Assembly (NCBI GenBank): GCA_031414775.1
Contig: JANOQI010000031.1
Coordinates: forward strand, 1-64,000
Direction of reading: 5' to 3'
Length of the DNA: 64,000 nucleotides
From: Synechococcales cyanobacterium VAR_4_metabat_354
Lineage (GTDB): Bacteria > Cyanobacteriota > Cyanobacteriia > Cyanobacteriales > Chamaesiphonaceae
Position 1 is the first letter of the stretch, and every line of letters begins with the position of its first letter. Both the position numbers and the translations under genes were made by a program. Under the pieces are notes generated by a model that saw only the letters and a list, made by a program, of their open reading frames with translations, had not been told where the DNA came from and did no database searches. Positions 22,250 to 32,298 of this stretch are shown in pieces.

Positions 22250-22617
22250 TGCAAGGATTCGTAAATAACAGCTTTGAGGCCATAATAAACGTAACCGTTG
22301 GCAAACCCAGAAACCTTAAATCTGCCGATGCAGTTATTGATACTGGCTTTTCAGGTTTCTTAAGCTTACCCATAGCAATAATTGTCGAACTTGATCTGCC
22401 TTGGAGCTATCGTGATCGGGCAACATTGGGCGATGGTAGCGAAACTATCTTCGATATCTATGATGCCACAATCATTTGGGATGGACAGTTTCGAGATATT
22501 GAAATAAATGCCGCAGAGACAGATCCGCTAGTTGGAATGAGTTTACTACGCGGATATAAACTACAGGTAGATACAATAGCAGGCGGATTGGTAACGGTCT
22601 CATCATTGGATAACTAA
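22246..22617 (+). CDS. Clan AA (retropepsin-like) aspartic protease
   Basis: AVIDTGFSGFLSLP, LGDGS, PLVGMSLL. Confidence 0.85.
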   Translation: MMQGFVNNSFEAIINVTVGKPRNLKSADAVIDTGFSGFLSLPIAIIVELDLPWSYRDRATLGDGSETIFDIYDATIIWDGQFRDIEINAAETDPLVGMSLLRGYKLQVDTIAGGLVTVSSLDN

Positions 22618-22659
22618 GATAAGTATTACGTTAAATGCATAGGAACGCGATTATACCTA

Positions 22660-22857
22660 ATGTCAGAACTACTCCAAAGAATAACCATCAATCCCCTTCA
22701 ATGTGGCGGTCGCCCCTGCATACGCAGCATGAGAATTCGCGTCTTAGACATTTTAGAGCTGTTCGCCGCCGGAATGACTGCAAAAGAAATATTAGAAGAC
22801 ATGCCTGATCTAGAATTAGACGATCTCAAGGCTGCTCTGCTATACGCCGCAACTTAA
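22660..22857 (+). CDS. DUF433 antitoxin-like protein, probably 3'-frameshifted
   Basis: RITINP.QCGGRPCIR.MRIRV.DIL...PDLE.DD..AAL.YA. The expected LNH tail lies in another frame. Confidence 0.75.
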   Translation: MSELLQRITINPLQCGGRPCIRSMRIRVLDILELFAAGMTAKEILEDMPDLELDDLKAALLYAAT

Positions 22858-22862
22858 TCATA

Positions 22863-22995
22863 CTCGATGTTCAAGTTTTTCAAAGTTGGAGTCTGAAACT
22901 CTTATTTTCCGTTATTGACTGCCTCAATGACAACGGCTGAAACCCTCATTATGTCGTTCAGATAATACTCTCTCATCAAAAACTTGAACATCGAG
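22863..22995. mobile_element. MITE, 133 bp
   Basis: Perfect 18-bp TIRs CTCGATGTTCAAGTTTTT / AAAAACTTGAACATCGAG, flanked by the direct repeat TCATA (22858-22862 and 22996-23000). No ORF. Confidence 0.9.
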
Positions 22996-23073
22996 TCATA
23001 CAATGTCGATAAAAATGACAAAATTCTGAGTCTGTGGAAGGCGATCGATCATCACCACTACGCTAGTAGTTGC

Positions 23074-23571
23074 TTACTTAATTAATGACCATACCTGGAA
23101 ACCGGCACCCGCAAAACCAACACCAAAGAGTACTCCAGATACGACAAACAATGTGTTCAAACCCGGCACGAAATAGCCGATGAACCCGATGATGGTCGAA
23201 AGTATCCAAAAAACAGACATCCACCGAGGTAGCTTACCGGCTAGCCAAGAGCCGATCGCAAATAAGCTTAGACCTACAGCGAATATTAAGGCTCCGATCG
23301 CATACATTTTGACCCCAGAGATGGTGCCAGTCCGAATCACGGCAATGCCAATGATCGATAGCAAGAATCCAAAAAATCCCCACCACCCAGATTCTTGATG
23401 CTGAAAACCGTATAAGCCGATCATTCCAAATAGGATGAATATATCGGTCAGGAGGTAAAGAAGTTCAATCGTCGTATCAGGGAAGCTAGGTAAAAACGAG
23501 TTAACGCCCCGCAAAATTCCCGCCATAATTGCGGCAAGTCCGCCTAACCGAATTAGATTTGCGCTAGACAT
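23074..23571 (-). CDS. Hypothetical integral membrane protein
   Basis: About 6 Gly-rich hydrophobic segments, with AGGAG RBS. Confidence 0.75.
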   Translation of the reverse strand: MSSANLIRLGGLAAIMAGILRGVNSFLPSFPDTTIELLYLLTDIFILFGMIGLYGFQHQESGWWGFFGFLLSIIGIAVIRTGTISGVKMYAIGALIFAVGLSLFAIGSWLAGKLPRWMSVFWILSTIIGFIGYFVPGLNTLFVVSGVLFGVGFAGAGFQVWSLIK

Positions 23572-23611
23572 AAAGTGAAGCTCCTTTGCCCGGAGGTGAA
23601 AGGGTCAGGCA

Positions 23612-24073
23612 TCAAAGCCAACGATGAACCTTTGCCTGGTAAGTGGTGTAATCGGTGCCAAAGAGTCTGAAAAGTACTCTTTCTTCGGGTGCAATCTGGA
23701 AGCGTTCGATGTAAAGAAAGAAGGCTAATAGGCCAAATAATGCCCAGGGCGATGACAAAAAAACAGCCCACGCCATCAGAACGATCAAAACCCCCAAGTA
23801 CATGGGATTGCGGGTGAATCGGTAAATGCCGGAGCTAACCAAAGAGCTAGCCGACTCTGGCTTCATTGGGTTGACAGTTGTTTTTGCTTGGCGGAAAGAT
23901 ATATTACCGGCGACCATTAAGACACCGCCTACCACGGCGATCGTAATGGCGAGGGGTACTCGATAGGTTGTGGAGACTGTAAGCAATGGGGTGATCAAAG
24001 AGATTCCCCACATAGCGATGGCGATTAGAACCGCAATTATTGGCGGTGGAATCTTGAGTTCGAGTGATTGCAT
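23612..24073 (-). CDS. Isoprenylcysteine carboxyl methyltransferase (Ste14/PEMT) family protein
   Basis: TTVNP, GIYRFTRNPMYLG, IAPEER.L...FG..Y..Y...V.RW. Confidence 0.88.
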   Translation of the reverse strand: MQSLELKIPPPIIAVLIAIAMWGISLITPLLTVSTTYRVPLAITIAVVGGVLMVAGNISFRQAKTTVNPMKPESASSLVSSGIYRFTRNPMYLGVLIVLMAWAVFLSSPWALFGLLAFFLYIERFQIAPEERVLFRLFGTDYTTYQAKVHRWL

Positions 24074-24312
24074 AATTACCACCATCAGGGCTAATAACAA
24101 ATTAGTTAGATTGATTGGATCGGTCTAATCCTCCCAGATGAAGCGTTTAGGCCGATGAGTCCAGTCTAAAAAATCTGATATCGATCGGCATCTTTTCCCA
24201 ACAACTTGTAATAGTCGCCACTGCAAAAAATAGCTGGATTTCCGACTTGGTGTTGCAAGCCTTTGATAGGTATCGATCGCATAGAATAGTTGTACTCACT
24301 GAACCAGTAGCA

Positions 24313-24876
24313 ATGACTTCCACCCAAATCAAAGGAATTAGTCTATCCGAGTTTCTGCAACTGCCAGAGACCAAACCCGCTAGTGAATACATCGATAATC
24401 AAGTAATTCAAAAACCCATGCCGCAAGGACAACACAGCCTCATTCAGCGAGAGCTGTTGCTGATCATTAGTCCAATTCTGAATAATCAAGGAATTGCCCA
24501 AGCCTTTCCAGAACTACGTTGCACTTTTGGCGGGCGCTCAGTAGTACCAGATGTGGTGGTATTCCAAAAAAACAGAATTCCGCGTTTAGCCAACGGCAAA
24601 ATTGCTAATGCTTTTGAGATCGCCCCGGATTGGACAATTGAAATTCTGTCACCAGACCAGAGTGCTACCAAAGTTTTGAAGAACATCCGGCACTGCTTAG
24701 ATCATGGATCGCAGATGGGTTGGTTGATTAACCCCGAAGACGAGTCCGTTTTTATTGGCGAACTCCATAATCAATTTGCTATTTTGGATGAGCCTAACAG
24801 CCAGTTACCGATGCCAGGATTTGCGGCTGGCCTATCTTTGACGGTTGGCGATATTTTTGGCTGGCTGAAGAATTGA
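24313..24876 (+). CDS. Uma2 family endonuclease-like protein
   Basis: LPETKPASEY, KPMPQGQHS, PELRCTF, VPD, APDWTIEILSP. Confidence 0.9.
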   Translation: MTSTQIKGISLSEFLQLPETKPASEYIDNQVIQKPMPQGQHSLIQRELLLIISPILNNQGIAQAFPELRCTFGGRSVVPDVVVFQKNRIPRLANGKIANAFEIAPDWTIEILSPDQSATKVLKNIRHCLDHGSQMGWLINPEDESVFIGELHNQFAILDEPNSQLPMPGFAAGLSLTVGDIFGWLKN

Positions 24877-24924
24877 TATAAATTACTAGGATTGTGATTG
24901 TCGATCGAACTACTTACCTACTGT

Positions 24925-25542
24925 TTATTCTGGTGATCGATCGACTAATACCGCAGTCTTTGATTCCTTTCCTGGCACTGCAAATATCGCCTTTGCCAAC
25001 ACCCCATTGCCAATATTTAGCGCCAACGAGCTATGAATAATCGCAAAAATAATGAAAGTGGGCACCGCTAAAAAATGAATAATTCGCAGTGACTGCCAAT
25101 CCCCAAACCATTCTGTTAGCCAATAGAACTGCGCCGGTTGATACATCGCCAGACCAGTGGCGATCGATAGCAACAACACTGGAATAATAACTGTATAGGC
25201 CAACCGATGCCAAGCAAACTGCCGCCGCTGTGGATTTTTGCTGGCTTGTAAAGCCTTCAGATCCTGTTTTTGGACAAAATAATGCCGCCAGCGCTGACTA
25301 AACAATACATATAAACCATAAGCCAACAAATTCAGACCAAAAATCCACATCAGCGTAAAGTGCCAGTTACGCGCACCCGCTAGCCAGCCCCCCAGCAAAA
25401 AAATGCCTGGTAGATGGAAGCCTTCCCGGCCACCAAATACCGGATTAGCATTATAAATTTGTAGGCCGCTGCCGATCATGCCCCAAAGAGCGATCAAATT
25501 AAGCCAATGAAAGATGCGTACTGGTAAGGGTCTAATGATCAT
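24925..25542 (-). CDS. Di-heme cytochrome b subunit (YdhU/thiosulfate-reductase cytochrome b-like)
   Basis: RIFHW, SGLQIYNANP, ARNWHF, RIIHF, IIH; four TM helices. Confidence 0.85.
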   Translation of the reverse strand: MIIRPLPVRIFHWLNLIALWGMIGSGLQIYNANPVFGGREGFHLPGIFLLGGWLAGARNWHFTLMWIFGLNLLAYGLYVLFSQRWRHYFVQKQDLKALQASKNPQRRQFAWHRLAYTVIIPVLLLSIATGLAMYQPAQFYWLTEWFGDWQSLRIIHFLAVPTFIIFAIIHSSLALNIGNGVLAKAIFAVPGKESKTAVLVDRSPE

Positions 25543-27716
25543 GATTTTGTGGGGGTCGGGGCGTAGTCAGCCAGAAATTTAGACATTTTTTGCGAGATAT
25601 TGGGATTATAAATTCGTAGATAGTTCCAGTAGTTGCCCAACACATTGCGTACATAGCCTTGGGTTTCATCAAAGGGAATTCTTTCGACAAACTCGTCAGG
25701 ATCGGTAATGCTTAGTTCGGTCACCCATTTACTGACATTGCCAGGGCCAGCATTATAGCCAGCGACAGCTAAGAGAGAATCATTTTTTTCTTGATCATGA
25801 ACATAGGCTAAATACCAAGTACCTAACTTGATGTTATCAGCTGGATTTGTGAGGGAATAGGTGGCCAAGTTGATTTTGGCAGCGGCAAACTGAGCCGTGG
25901 GGGGAATCACTTGCATCAGTCCTAATGCTCCCACACTGGATTGGGTTTCTGGATCGAATTTAGATTCTTGACGAGCAATACTAATTACTAATAGTGGGTT
26001 GATTTTTTGTTGGCTAGCAGCTGCCTGGATATCTTCCAGATAGGCTAACGGATAGAGCGCTGACCAATGGTTGGGATGTTGGCGGACAATTCGATACTGT
26101 TCCTGCTCGGCGGGCAATTCGCGCTTTTCTAGTTGCGAAACCTTGGCTAGGGCTAATTGATAACGCTCTAAGCCTTTGAGAAGCAAGCCTTCGGTGAATT
26201 GCTCGGTCACAGAATAATGGCCTTGATCGGGAAACTCATTTTGCCATAGTATCCAGGCATCGCGATAAGCACCAATTTGGTACAACTCTTTGAGTTCTGC
26301 TGAGCCGATCGGCAGTGGCCGGTTAGCCTGATTTTTTTGGATCGGCGGTGTGAGGGAACGGATGGTGGCAAAGTCTCCAACATCCCAACCCAAATATTTA
26401 GCAGCTCGCCAACTGTAGTATGACTGGGTGTATTTCGAGAGGGTGTAGGTAAATGCTGTTTTGGCATCTTCCTCCCGGCCAAGCAATTGTGCCCATTTGC
26501 CAATCCAAAAAGAGGCGCGGGCACTGTAGCGGTTATCGGGAATATTATTACCGATAATCGATTTGGCGATGCTCCAGGCTTTAGCATAGTTTTTTTGAAC
26601 TGCTTGGGCTAAGGCTCTCTCCCAGCGTAGACCAGCAGCGGCTTCGGACTTGGGGAACCTCTGAATAATCTCCGCTTCGATCTGTTGGACAGCGGCCTGG
26701 TTTTTTTCGAGCAGTAGGGCTTTGCGGGCTAGGGCGGTGGCGGCTAGCGGTGAATCGCTCTGGGGAATCAGTTTGTCTAGGTAAGAAATGGCCTCGGCAT
26801 GATTGGCCGATAATTCGGCTAATTCCAGCAGAGCTTGGTCAGCTTCTGGCGCTTGGCGATGTTTGGCTACTAATTCTTGATAAGCCGTCTTGGCTGCTGG
26901 TACTTTTTGGATGCCTCTGGCCGTTTGACCAAGTAACAGCAAATTTTCAGCAGTTTGCGGCGATCGATTGAGGGCGACGGTGGCTCGTTCGGGCAAGCCA
27001 TTTTTTAGATAGGTTTCAGCCAGCAATCGCCAGTTATCGGGCTGGAGTTTATTGATGTGCTCGGTGCTCAGCCCATCGGCAATTTCTAATCCTTTGCGGG
27101 TGCGAGTGCCCCCATTGCGCAGATAGGTCAGCATTAGATCGATATTGCTGGGATTGCGATCGATCATATTTTGAATAATGCTCAAAGAGCGAGGATAGGA
27201 GGGAAACTTCTTTAGCGCCTGCTCCCAAAACTTCTCATCTTGGTGACCTAAGCGTTCCCAAGCTTCTACCACCACTGGCGAATTACTATAGCTAGCTGCC
27301 AACTGCTTCAAATTCTGGTTGACAGCAGCTTTTTTCCCCATTAGTTCGTAAGCTGCTGCCCGTTTAAATAAAATTTGGGGAGCCAGCAGCGGATATTCTT
27401 TTTCCAAATTATCCAGATACTGGAGTGCTTTAGAACCTTGTTCTTGCTGAATTAAGTCACTGGCCAGTACATATTTCGCTCTACTAACTTCTAGTAAATT
27501 ACCTTGTTGGACAATAATGTCGTTTAAGCTTTGTGCTCGATCGATAGCTGGGAGCGCCGCGAGTTGTAATACCGGTGAATGCTGTGGATCATACCTCAAT
27601 CCCAACAATACTTTAGTGCGGGGGAATAAGGTGAAAATAGCTGCTCCCAAAAACCCTAGCAAAAATAAACGCAAAAAAAAAGGACGTCTTCTGTGCTTTT
27701 TCATAGCGTTTTGCAT
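25539..27716 (-). CDS. slt: Soluble lytic transglycosylase with TPR-like repeats
   Basis: ARQES, GALGLMQ, GYNAGPG, ETQGYV. Confidence 0.9.
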   Translation of the reverse strand: MQNAMKKHRRRPFFLRLFLLGFLGAAIFTLFPRTKVLLGLRYDPQHSPVLQLAALPAIDRAQSLNDIIVQQGNLLEVSRAKYVLASDLIQQEQGSKALQYLDNLEKEYPLLAPQILFKRAAAYELMGKKAAVNQNLKQLAASYSNSPVVVEAWERLGHQDEKFWEQALKKFPSYPRSLSIIQNMIDRNPSNIDLMLTYLRNGGTRTRKGLEIADGLSTEHINKLQPDNWRLLAETYLKNGLPERATVALNRSPQTAENLLLLGQTARGIQKVPAAKTAYQELVAKHRQAPEADQALLELAELSANHAEAISYLDKLIPQSDSPLAATALARKALLLEKNQAAVQQIEAEIIQRFPKSEAAAGLRWERALAQAVQKNYAKAWSIAKSIIGNNIPDNRYSARASFWIGKWAQLLGREEDAKTAFTYTLSKYTQSYYSWRAAKYLGWDVGDFATIRSLTPPIQKNQANRPLPIGSAELKELYQIGAYRDAWILWQNEFPDQGHYSVTEQFTEGLLLKGLERYQLALAKVSQLEKRELPAEQEQYRIVRQHPNHWSALYPLAYLEDIQAAASQQKINPLLVISIARQESKFDPETQSSVGALGLMQVIPPTAQFAAAKINLATYSLTNPADNIKLGTWYLAYVHDQEKNDSLLAVAGYNAGPGNVSKWVTELSITDPDEFVERIPFDETQGYVRNVLGNYWNYLRIYNPNISQKMSKFLADYAPTPTKS

Positions 27717-27815
27717 AGTCGATAAAGTTTGAGCAGGTTTCTATTATGATAACGTGGGATGCCGATCGTTCCAATTGTTGGTTCTTGGTTTATCTGGGCG
27801 CAGATCAACTGTAAT

Positions 27816-30800
27816 TTAGGTAATCAGCCATTTTTCAATCATTTGCTGTAACTGTTCAATCTTTACTGGTTTAGAAAGAAAGTCATTCATTCCTACCGAT
27901 AAAGCATATTCCATATCCGATTCCATCACGCTGGCGGTCAAGGCAATAATTACGGTTTGCTGACTGTGCGGCGTTGGTAATTGACGGATGGCTTCGGTGG
28001 TGGTGTAACCATCCAGAATTGGCATATGGCAATCCATCAAAATTAATTCATAGTATTTATGATTGATCTTGTCTAAAACTTCCTGGCCGTTATTGGCCAC
28101 ATCCACCTGATAACCGAGTTTGGCTAACTGTCGCAGGGCGACTTTTTGATTGATTTTGTTATCCTCAGCGAGGAGGATGTTGATGTGAGCCAGGTTGTTG
28201 TGAGAGCGGAGCGGACCAGAGTCGGGCGGCTCGAATAACTCTTCGCTGTTGTCGATGGGGGCGCTATGGGTTAATTTTTCTTGCAACGAGTTATTGAGCC
28301 GCAACGGTTTGATGGGCTTAAATAGATAGCTGACCCGATCGCCTAATTTAGTCTGAGCTGATTCGTATCGATCGAACGTTGTCATTACAATCACCGGAAT
28401 CTGTCGTTCCAGAATTTTTTCGATCAATTGATGAGATCCACCTTTTTTCCAATCAATCACGGCAATTTGTGGTGAATAGTTGGCCAAAATATCGAGATCG
28501 AAAGAGTTACTAGTGATTGGCACCATGCCCCACTGGATCGTATTTTCAGCTAACGACTGGAGTTGGTGCGGCCAGGTGTCTACAATTAAAATTGTTACTT
28601 GGTGAAGGATTTGATGTTGAATTTGGGTGGGCATTGATAGCGGCATGAGGGGCACCTTAAACCAAAAAGTTGAGCCTTGATTAACTGTGCTTTCTAGACC
28701 AATTTCACCATGCATTAGCTTGAGTAATTGCTGACAGATGGCTAACCCTAAACCAGTACCTCCGTACTTGCGAGTGGTGGAGGCATCTGCTTGGGAAAAA
28801 GATTGAAAAATCCGTTCCTGATTGGCAGCAGAAATCCCAATGCCAGTATCGGCCACCGAAATTTTGATCTGAGATGGATCATTGACGCTGGCTTGGACAT
28901 CGATTGTGATTCCTCCTTGGTCAGTGAATTTGATCGCATTGCCAATCAGATTAATTAGAATTTGATTGAGGCGGGTCGGGTCTCCCTTCACCATGAACGG
29001 GGTGTGAGGATTTATCCAATAGCTTAAATTTAGCCCTTTGTGGTGGGCACTATTGGCCAAAATTTCTACCACCTGCTCGATTAAATGGCTAAGGTTGAAG
29101 GCGATCGATTCTAACTGCATCTCACCGGATTCCAGTTTCGAGAAATCCAAAATCTCATTAATGATCTTGAGTAAATGATCAGCACTAACTTGAATAGTTG
29201 CCACAAAGTCTTTTTGCTCGTGGTTCAAAGGAGTTTCGAGCAAGAGGTTAGTTAAACCGACGATCGCATTCATGGGAGTGCGAATTTCGTGACTCATATT
29301 AGTTAAAAAGGCACTTTTGATACTTGCGGCCGATTCAGCTAGCTGTCTGGCTTTGTTGAGAGCAATATTTTGCTTGGTTAGTTCTCGGCGACGTTTAATT
29401 TCCACGTCTAGCATCAGTGACTGTAAGCGTTTGCTTGCTGTGATTTCCTCAATTACCAGGAGTACTCCTGATACTACTGTCAAGTCTAAAATGTCCTTCC
29501 CATCATCAATATCCCGTTGGAGAAACTGCCAGTTGAGTAATGGCTCGACCTTCAACACAAAAAACTGTTCTCCTTGCTGAAATTCGCGTGGAGTAATGTA
29601 GTTGCAATTATTCAGGTTGTGGAGATAGGTTTGCCATTCTGCGGCACTCAACCATTTAGGGACTAAACACTGATCAATATTTTCTCCGACATTGGTTTGG
29701 AGTAAGCGAGTGGCGACCGGGTTGCAAAACCAGACGTTGCCATTTAGTTCGGTTGCTACTAGTCCGAGTGATAGGCTATGAGCAATTGCGGCCTGTGCCG
29801 ATTGTGCTCGTCCAAAATCAGCAGCCATCGCTGCTAGTTTAGAGACTCTGGCGAAGGAGGGCAGGCTAGGATAATCTAGTTGGGTCTGTTGATGATTAAT
29901 TAGATCAACTTGATGGGCTTGCCAGAGTTGCAGAATCTGTCGATCGATTAAAGAATCTACGTAAAACTTTTCGCTGACAGCTACTGCCGTTCCAGTCATT
30001 CCAATAAAAGCAATTGGCAATGCTACTAAGATCAAATAATTGAAGTGTAAACCAACAGTAGCCAGCAATATCCAGCCGCTGCCCATCAGTAAAACAGCTA
30101 CTAGTCGGCGACCATGACTATGATAACTGAGTTGCCAACTCAGAAGTGGGCTAAAGAGCACTAAGCAGAGAATAAACAGTGGTTCTGGACAAGTCTGGAG
30201 ACTTCTCTTGTTGAGAAGATTATCGATGACTGTGGCTTGCAGGTAGACCTTACTGCTACCACTATAGCGGTCAAATGGTGTCCCTACTTGATCAATTCCT
30301 TTGGCGGTGACTCCTACCAACACGATCTTTTTGTTTAAAAGATTGAGCTTGAAGTTTGGGCGCATTACGTCAGCCACCGAATAGGTTTTAATGGCTTCGG
30401 CAGAACTACCCCAGTTGATCAACAAATCGTTGGATGTAGACTTTTCTATTGTGGGGGGGTGATACTGGGCAGCCCGAACCACCTCTATCCCAAAGGCATT
30501 TTGCTGATTGTCGGGGCGTTGGAGAGGAATCGACCGGGCAACCCCATCAAAATCTTCGTTACTTTGGACATGACCCACTAATTTTTTCTGGGGTGATGCT
30601 GATATGGAATTAGATTTAATCGGGATACCTCGAATATCCCAATCTGCTAGTACCACTTTGTGACCATTGCTCATCTCTAGATCAAGAGCACTGTCGTAGG
30701 TAAAGGGGAAGGTGAAACCAACTACACGCGGATTAGATTGGCGAAGTTTTTTTAATAGTTCTACGTAGCGGCGGCGATCCCAAGGGAATTGTCCTACCGC

Positions 30801-31028
30801 GCGTAGGCTGGTTTCATCGATCGCCACTACTACAATTCGACTATCCAGATTGTGCATTCCGCGTAATCTGAATATTTGGCGATAGGCTAGTTGCTCAAAT
30901 GGTGCCCAAACCCCCAATTTAAGCAAGACTATGGTTAACGTTACTGCGGCTAGTCCGGGCACCCATCGCCACCGAGACTTGAGCAACATTGTTAAAATTT
31001 TTTGATAACTACGGCGATTTTGGAACAT
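27816..31028 (-). CDS. CHASE2 hybrid sensor histidine kinase with two receiver domains
   Basis: IVVVAIDE/FPWDR (CHASE2), NMSHEIRTP, GNAIKFT, DTGIG, GGTGLGL, LLAEDN...MDCHMP...KP. Confidence 0.92.
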   Translation of the reverse strand: MFQNRRSYQKILTMLLKSRWRWVPGLAAVTLTIVLLKLGVWAPFEQLAYRQIFRLRGMHNLDSRIVVVAIDETSLRAVGQFPWDRRRYVELLKKLRQSNPRVVGFTFPFTYDSALDLEMSNGHKVVLADWDIRGIPIKSNSISASPQKKLVGHVQSNEDFDGVARSIPLQRPDNQQNAFGIEVVRAAQYHPPTIEKSTSNDLLINWGSSAEAIKTYSVADVMRPNFKLNLLNKKIVLVGVTAKGIDQVGTPFDRYSGSSKVYLQATVIDNLLNKRSLQTCPEPLFILCLVLFSPLLSWQLSYHSHGRRLVAVLLMGSGWILLATVGLHFNYLILVALPIAFIGMTGTAVAVSEKFYVDSLIDRQILQLWQAHQVDLINHQQTQLDYPSLPSFARVSKLAAMAADFGRAQSAQAAIAHSLSLGLVATELNGNVWFCNPVATRLLQTNVGENIDQCLVPKWLSAAEWQTYLHNLNNCNYITPREFQQGEQFFVLKVEPLLNWQFLQRDIDDGKDILDLTVVSGVLLVIEEITASKRLQSLMLDVEIKRRRELTKQNIALNKARQLAESAASIKSAFLTNMSHEIRTPMNAIVGLTNLLLETPLNHEQKDFVATIQVSADHLLKIINEILDFSKLESGEMQLESIAFNLSHLIEQVVEILANSAHHKGLNLSYWINPHTPFMVKGDPTRLNQILINLIGNAIKFTDQGGITIDVQASVNDPSQIKISVADTGIGISAANQERIFQSFSQADASTTRKYGGTGLGLAICQQLLKLMHGEIGLESTVNQGSTFWFKVPLMPLSMPTQIQHQILHQVTILIVDTWPHQLQSLAENTIQWGMVPITSNSFDLDILANYSPQIAVIDWKKGGSHQLIEKILERQIPVIVMTTFDRYESAQTKLGDRVSYLFKPIKPLRLNNSLQEKLTHSAPIDNSEELFEPPDSGPLRSHNNLAHINILLAEDNKINQKVALRQLAKLGYQVDVANNGQEVLDKINHKYYELILMDCHMPILDGYTTTEAIRQLPTPHSQQTVIIALTASVMESDMEYALSVGMNDFLSKPVKIEQLQQMIEKWLIT

Positions 31029-31278
31029 GGGGCAGGGTGCAGCAATTCACCTCATCAATACATACTTTTCCCCATTGCAGTGCCCAACGCACTAACGAAA
31101 CGCGGTTTTCTGTATCGGTTTTTCTGAGAATATTACTAATATGGTTATCTACAGTTCGTTTGCTAATATCTAACTTGTTAGCGATATCTTCATTAGTCAG
31201 GCCATCAGCAATCAACGTAATAATTTCTATCTCTCGATCGGATAGATTTGTTGATGCCTGAACTTTGGAATCACTCAT
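31009..31278 (-). CDS. pedR: PedR-like small LuxR-family redox regulator
   Basis: LSDRE...ISKRTVDNHISNIL...RWALQWGKVC...NCC. Confidence 0.88.
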   Translation of the reverse strand: MSDSKVQASTNLSDREIEIITLIADGLTNEDIANKLDISKRTVDNHISNILRKTDTENRVSLVRWALQWGKVCIDEVNCCTLPHVPKSP

Positions 31279-31348
31279 AACTGGTATATATACTCATCTA
31301 TAATACTGTAAATTGTAACGGCTAATATTGCTAGCTGCCAGGTCTGTG

Positions 31349-32287
31349 ATGTCAACTGTAATTTGTTTGGGTGAAGTCTTATTCGATCTCTTAGCTGACC
31401 AAGTGGGAGTCGAGGCTGATGAGGTGCGGTCCTGGACTGCACTTGCTGGTGGTGCTCCAGCAAATGTGGCCTGTGGCCTGGTCAAGCTGGGCACCGCTGC
31501 TCAGTTTATTGGTTGTGTAGGTGAAGATCCGCCTGGACAAGCGCTGGCGGCTAAATTACAAGCTCAAGGGGTGGGCTTGTTTGGATTACAGTATCATCCG
31601 ACCGCTCCTACTCGGCAGGTGCAGGTATTAAGATCGATCGATGGCGATCGAACTTTTGCGGGGTTTGGGGCGGTGTCTACTGAGCAGTTTGCGGATGCTT
31701 ATCTCGATCGGATCCCTGAGGAATTATTTGTTGATGCCCAATTTTTGGTGCTGGGAACCATTAGTCTCGCTTATCCGCACAGCCGAGCTGCTACTTGGGC
31801 AGCTGTGCGGCTTGCGCAACTGCATCGGGTATCGATTGTCGTAGATGTCAATTGGCGACCCAGTTTTTGGCCAGATTCTAACGTCGCTGTTGAGGTCATT
31901 AAAGAGCTGCTGGCCGTAGCTGATTTTGTCAAATTCGCTCAAGAAGAAGCATTGCTGCTGTATCAACAAACCATCCCCCACCAATTACGAACTTTGCTGC
32001 CCCAGGCGCAGGGCGTGATTGTTAGTGATGGTGGTAATATTTGTCGTTATTCTCTGTGGAACCAGACGGGCGAGATCCCCGCTTTTCAGGTATCAGCTGT
32101 AGACACGACCGGAGCTGGTGATGCTTTTGTGGCTGCTGTAGTACACCAACTTTGTAGCGGTGAACAGCAGGCTGCTCAAATCATTTGTTATGCTGCCGCT
32201 GCTGGTGCTCTAACAACCTTAAAACCGGGGGCGATCGATGCCCAACCCACTGCCGCTGAGATTAAGGCATTTTTGGCCAATAACTAG
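31349..32287 (+). CDS. PfkB family carbohydrate kinase (fructokinase-like)
   Basis: GGAPANVA, DVNWRP, DTTGAGDAF. Confidence 0.9.
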   Translation: MSTVICLGEVLFDLLADQVGVEADEVRSWTALAGGAPANVACGLVKLGTAAQFIGCVGEDPPGQALAAKLQAQGVGLFGLQYHPTAPTRQVQVLRSIDGDRTFAGFGAVSTEQFADAYLDRIPEELFVDAQFLVLGTISLAYPHSRAATWAAVRLAQLHRVSIVVDVNWRPSFWPDSNVAVEVIKELLAVADFVKFAQEEALLLYQQTIPHQLRTLLPQAQGVIVSDGGNICRYSLWNQTGEIPAFQVSAVDTTGAGDAFVAAVVHQLCSGEQQAAQIICYAAAAGALTTLKPGAIDAQPTAAEIKAFLANN

Positions 32288-32298
32288 CTGGACTAGAT

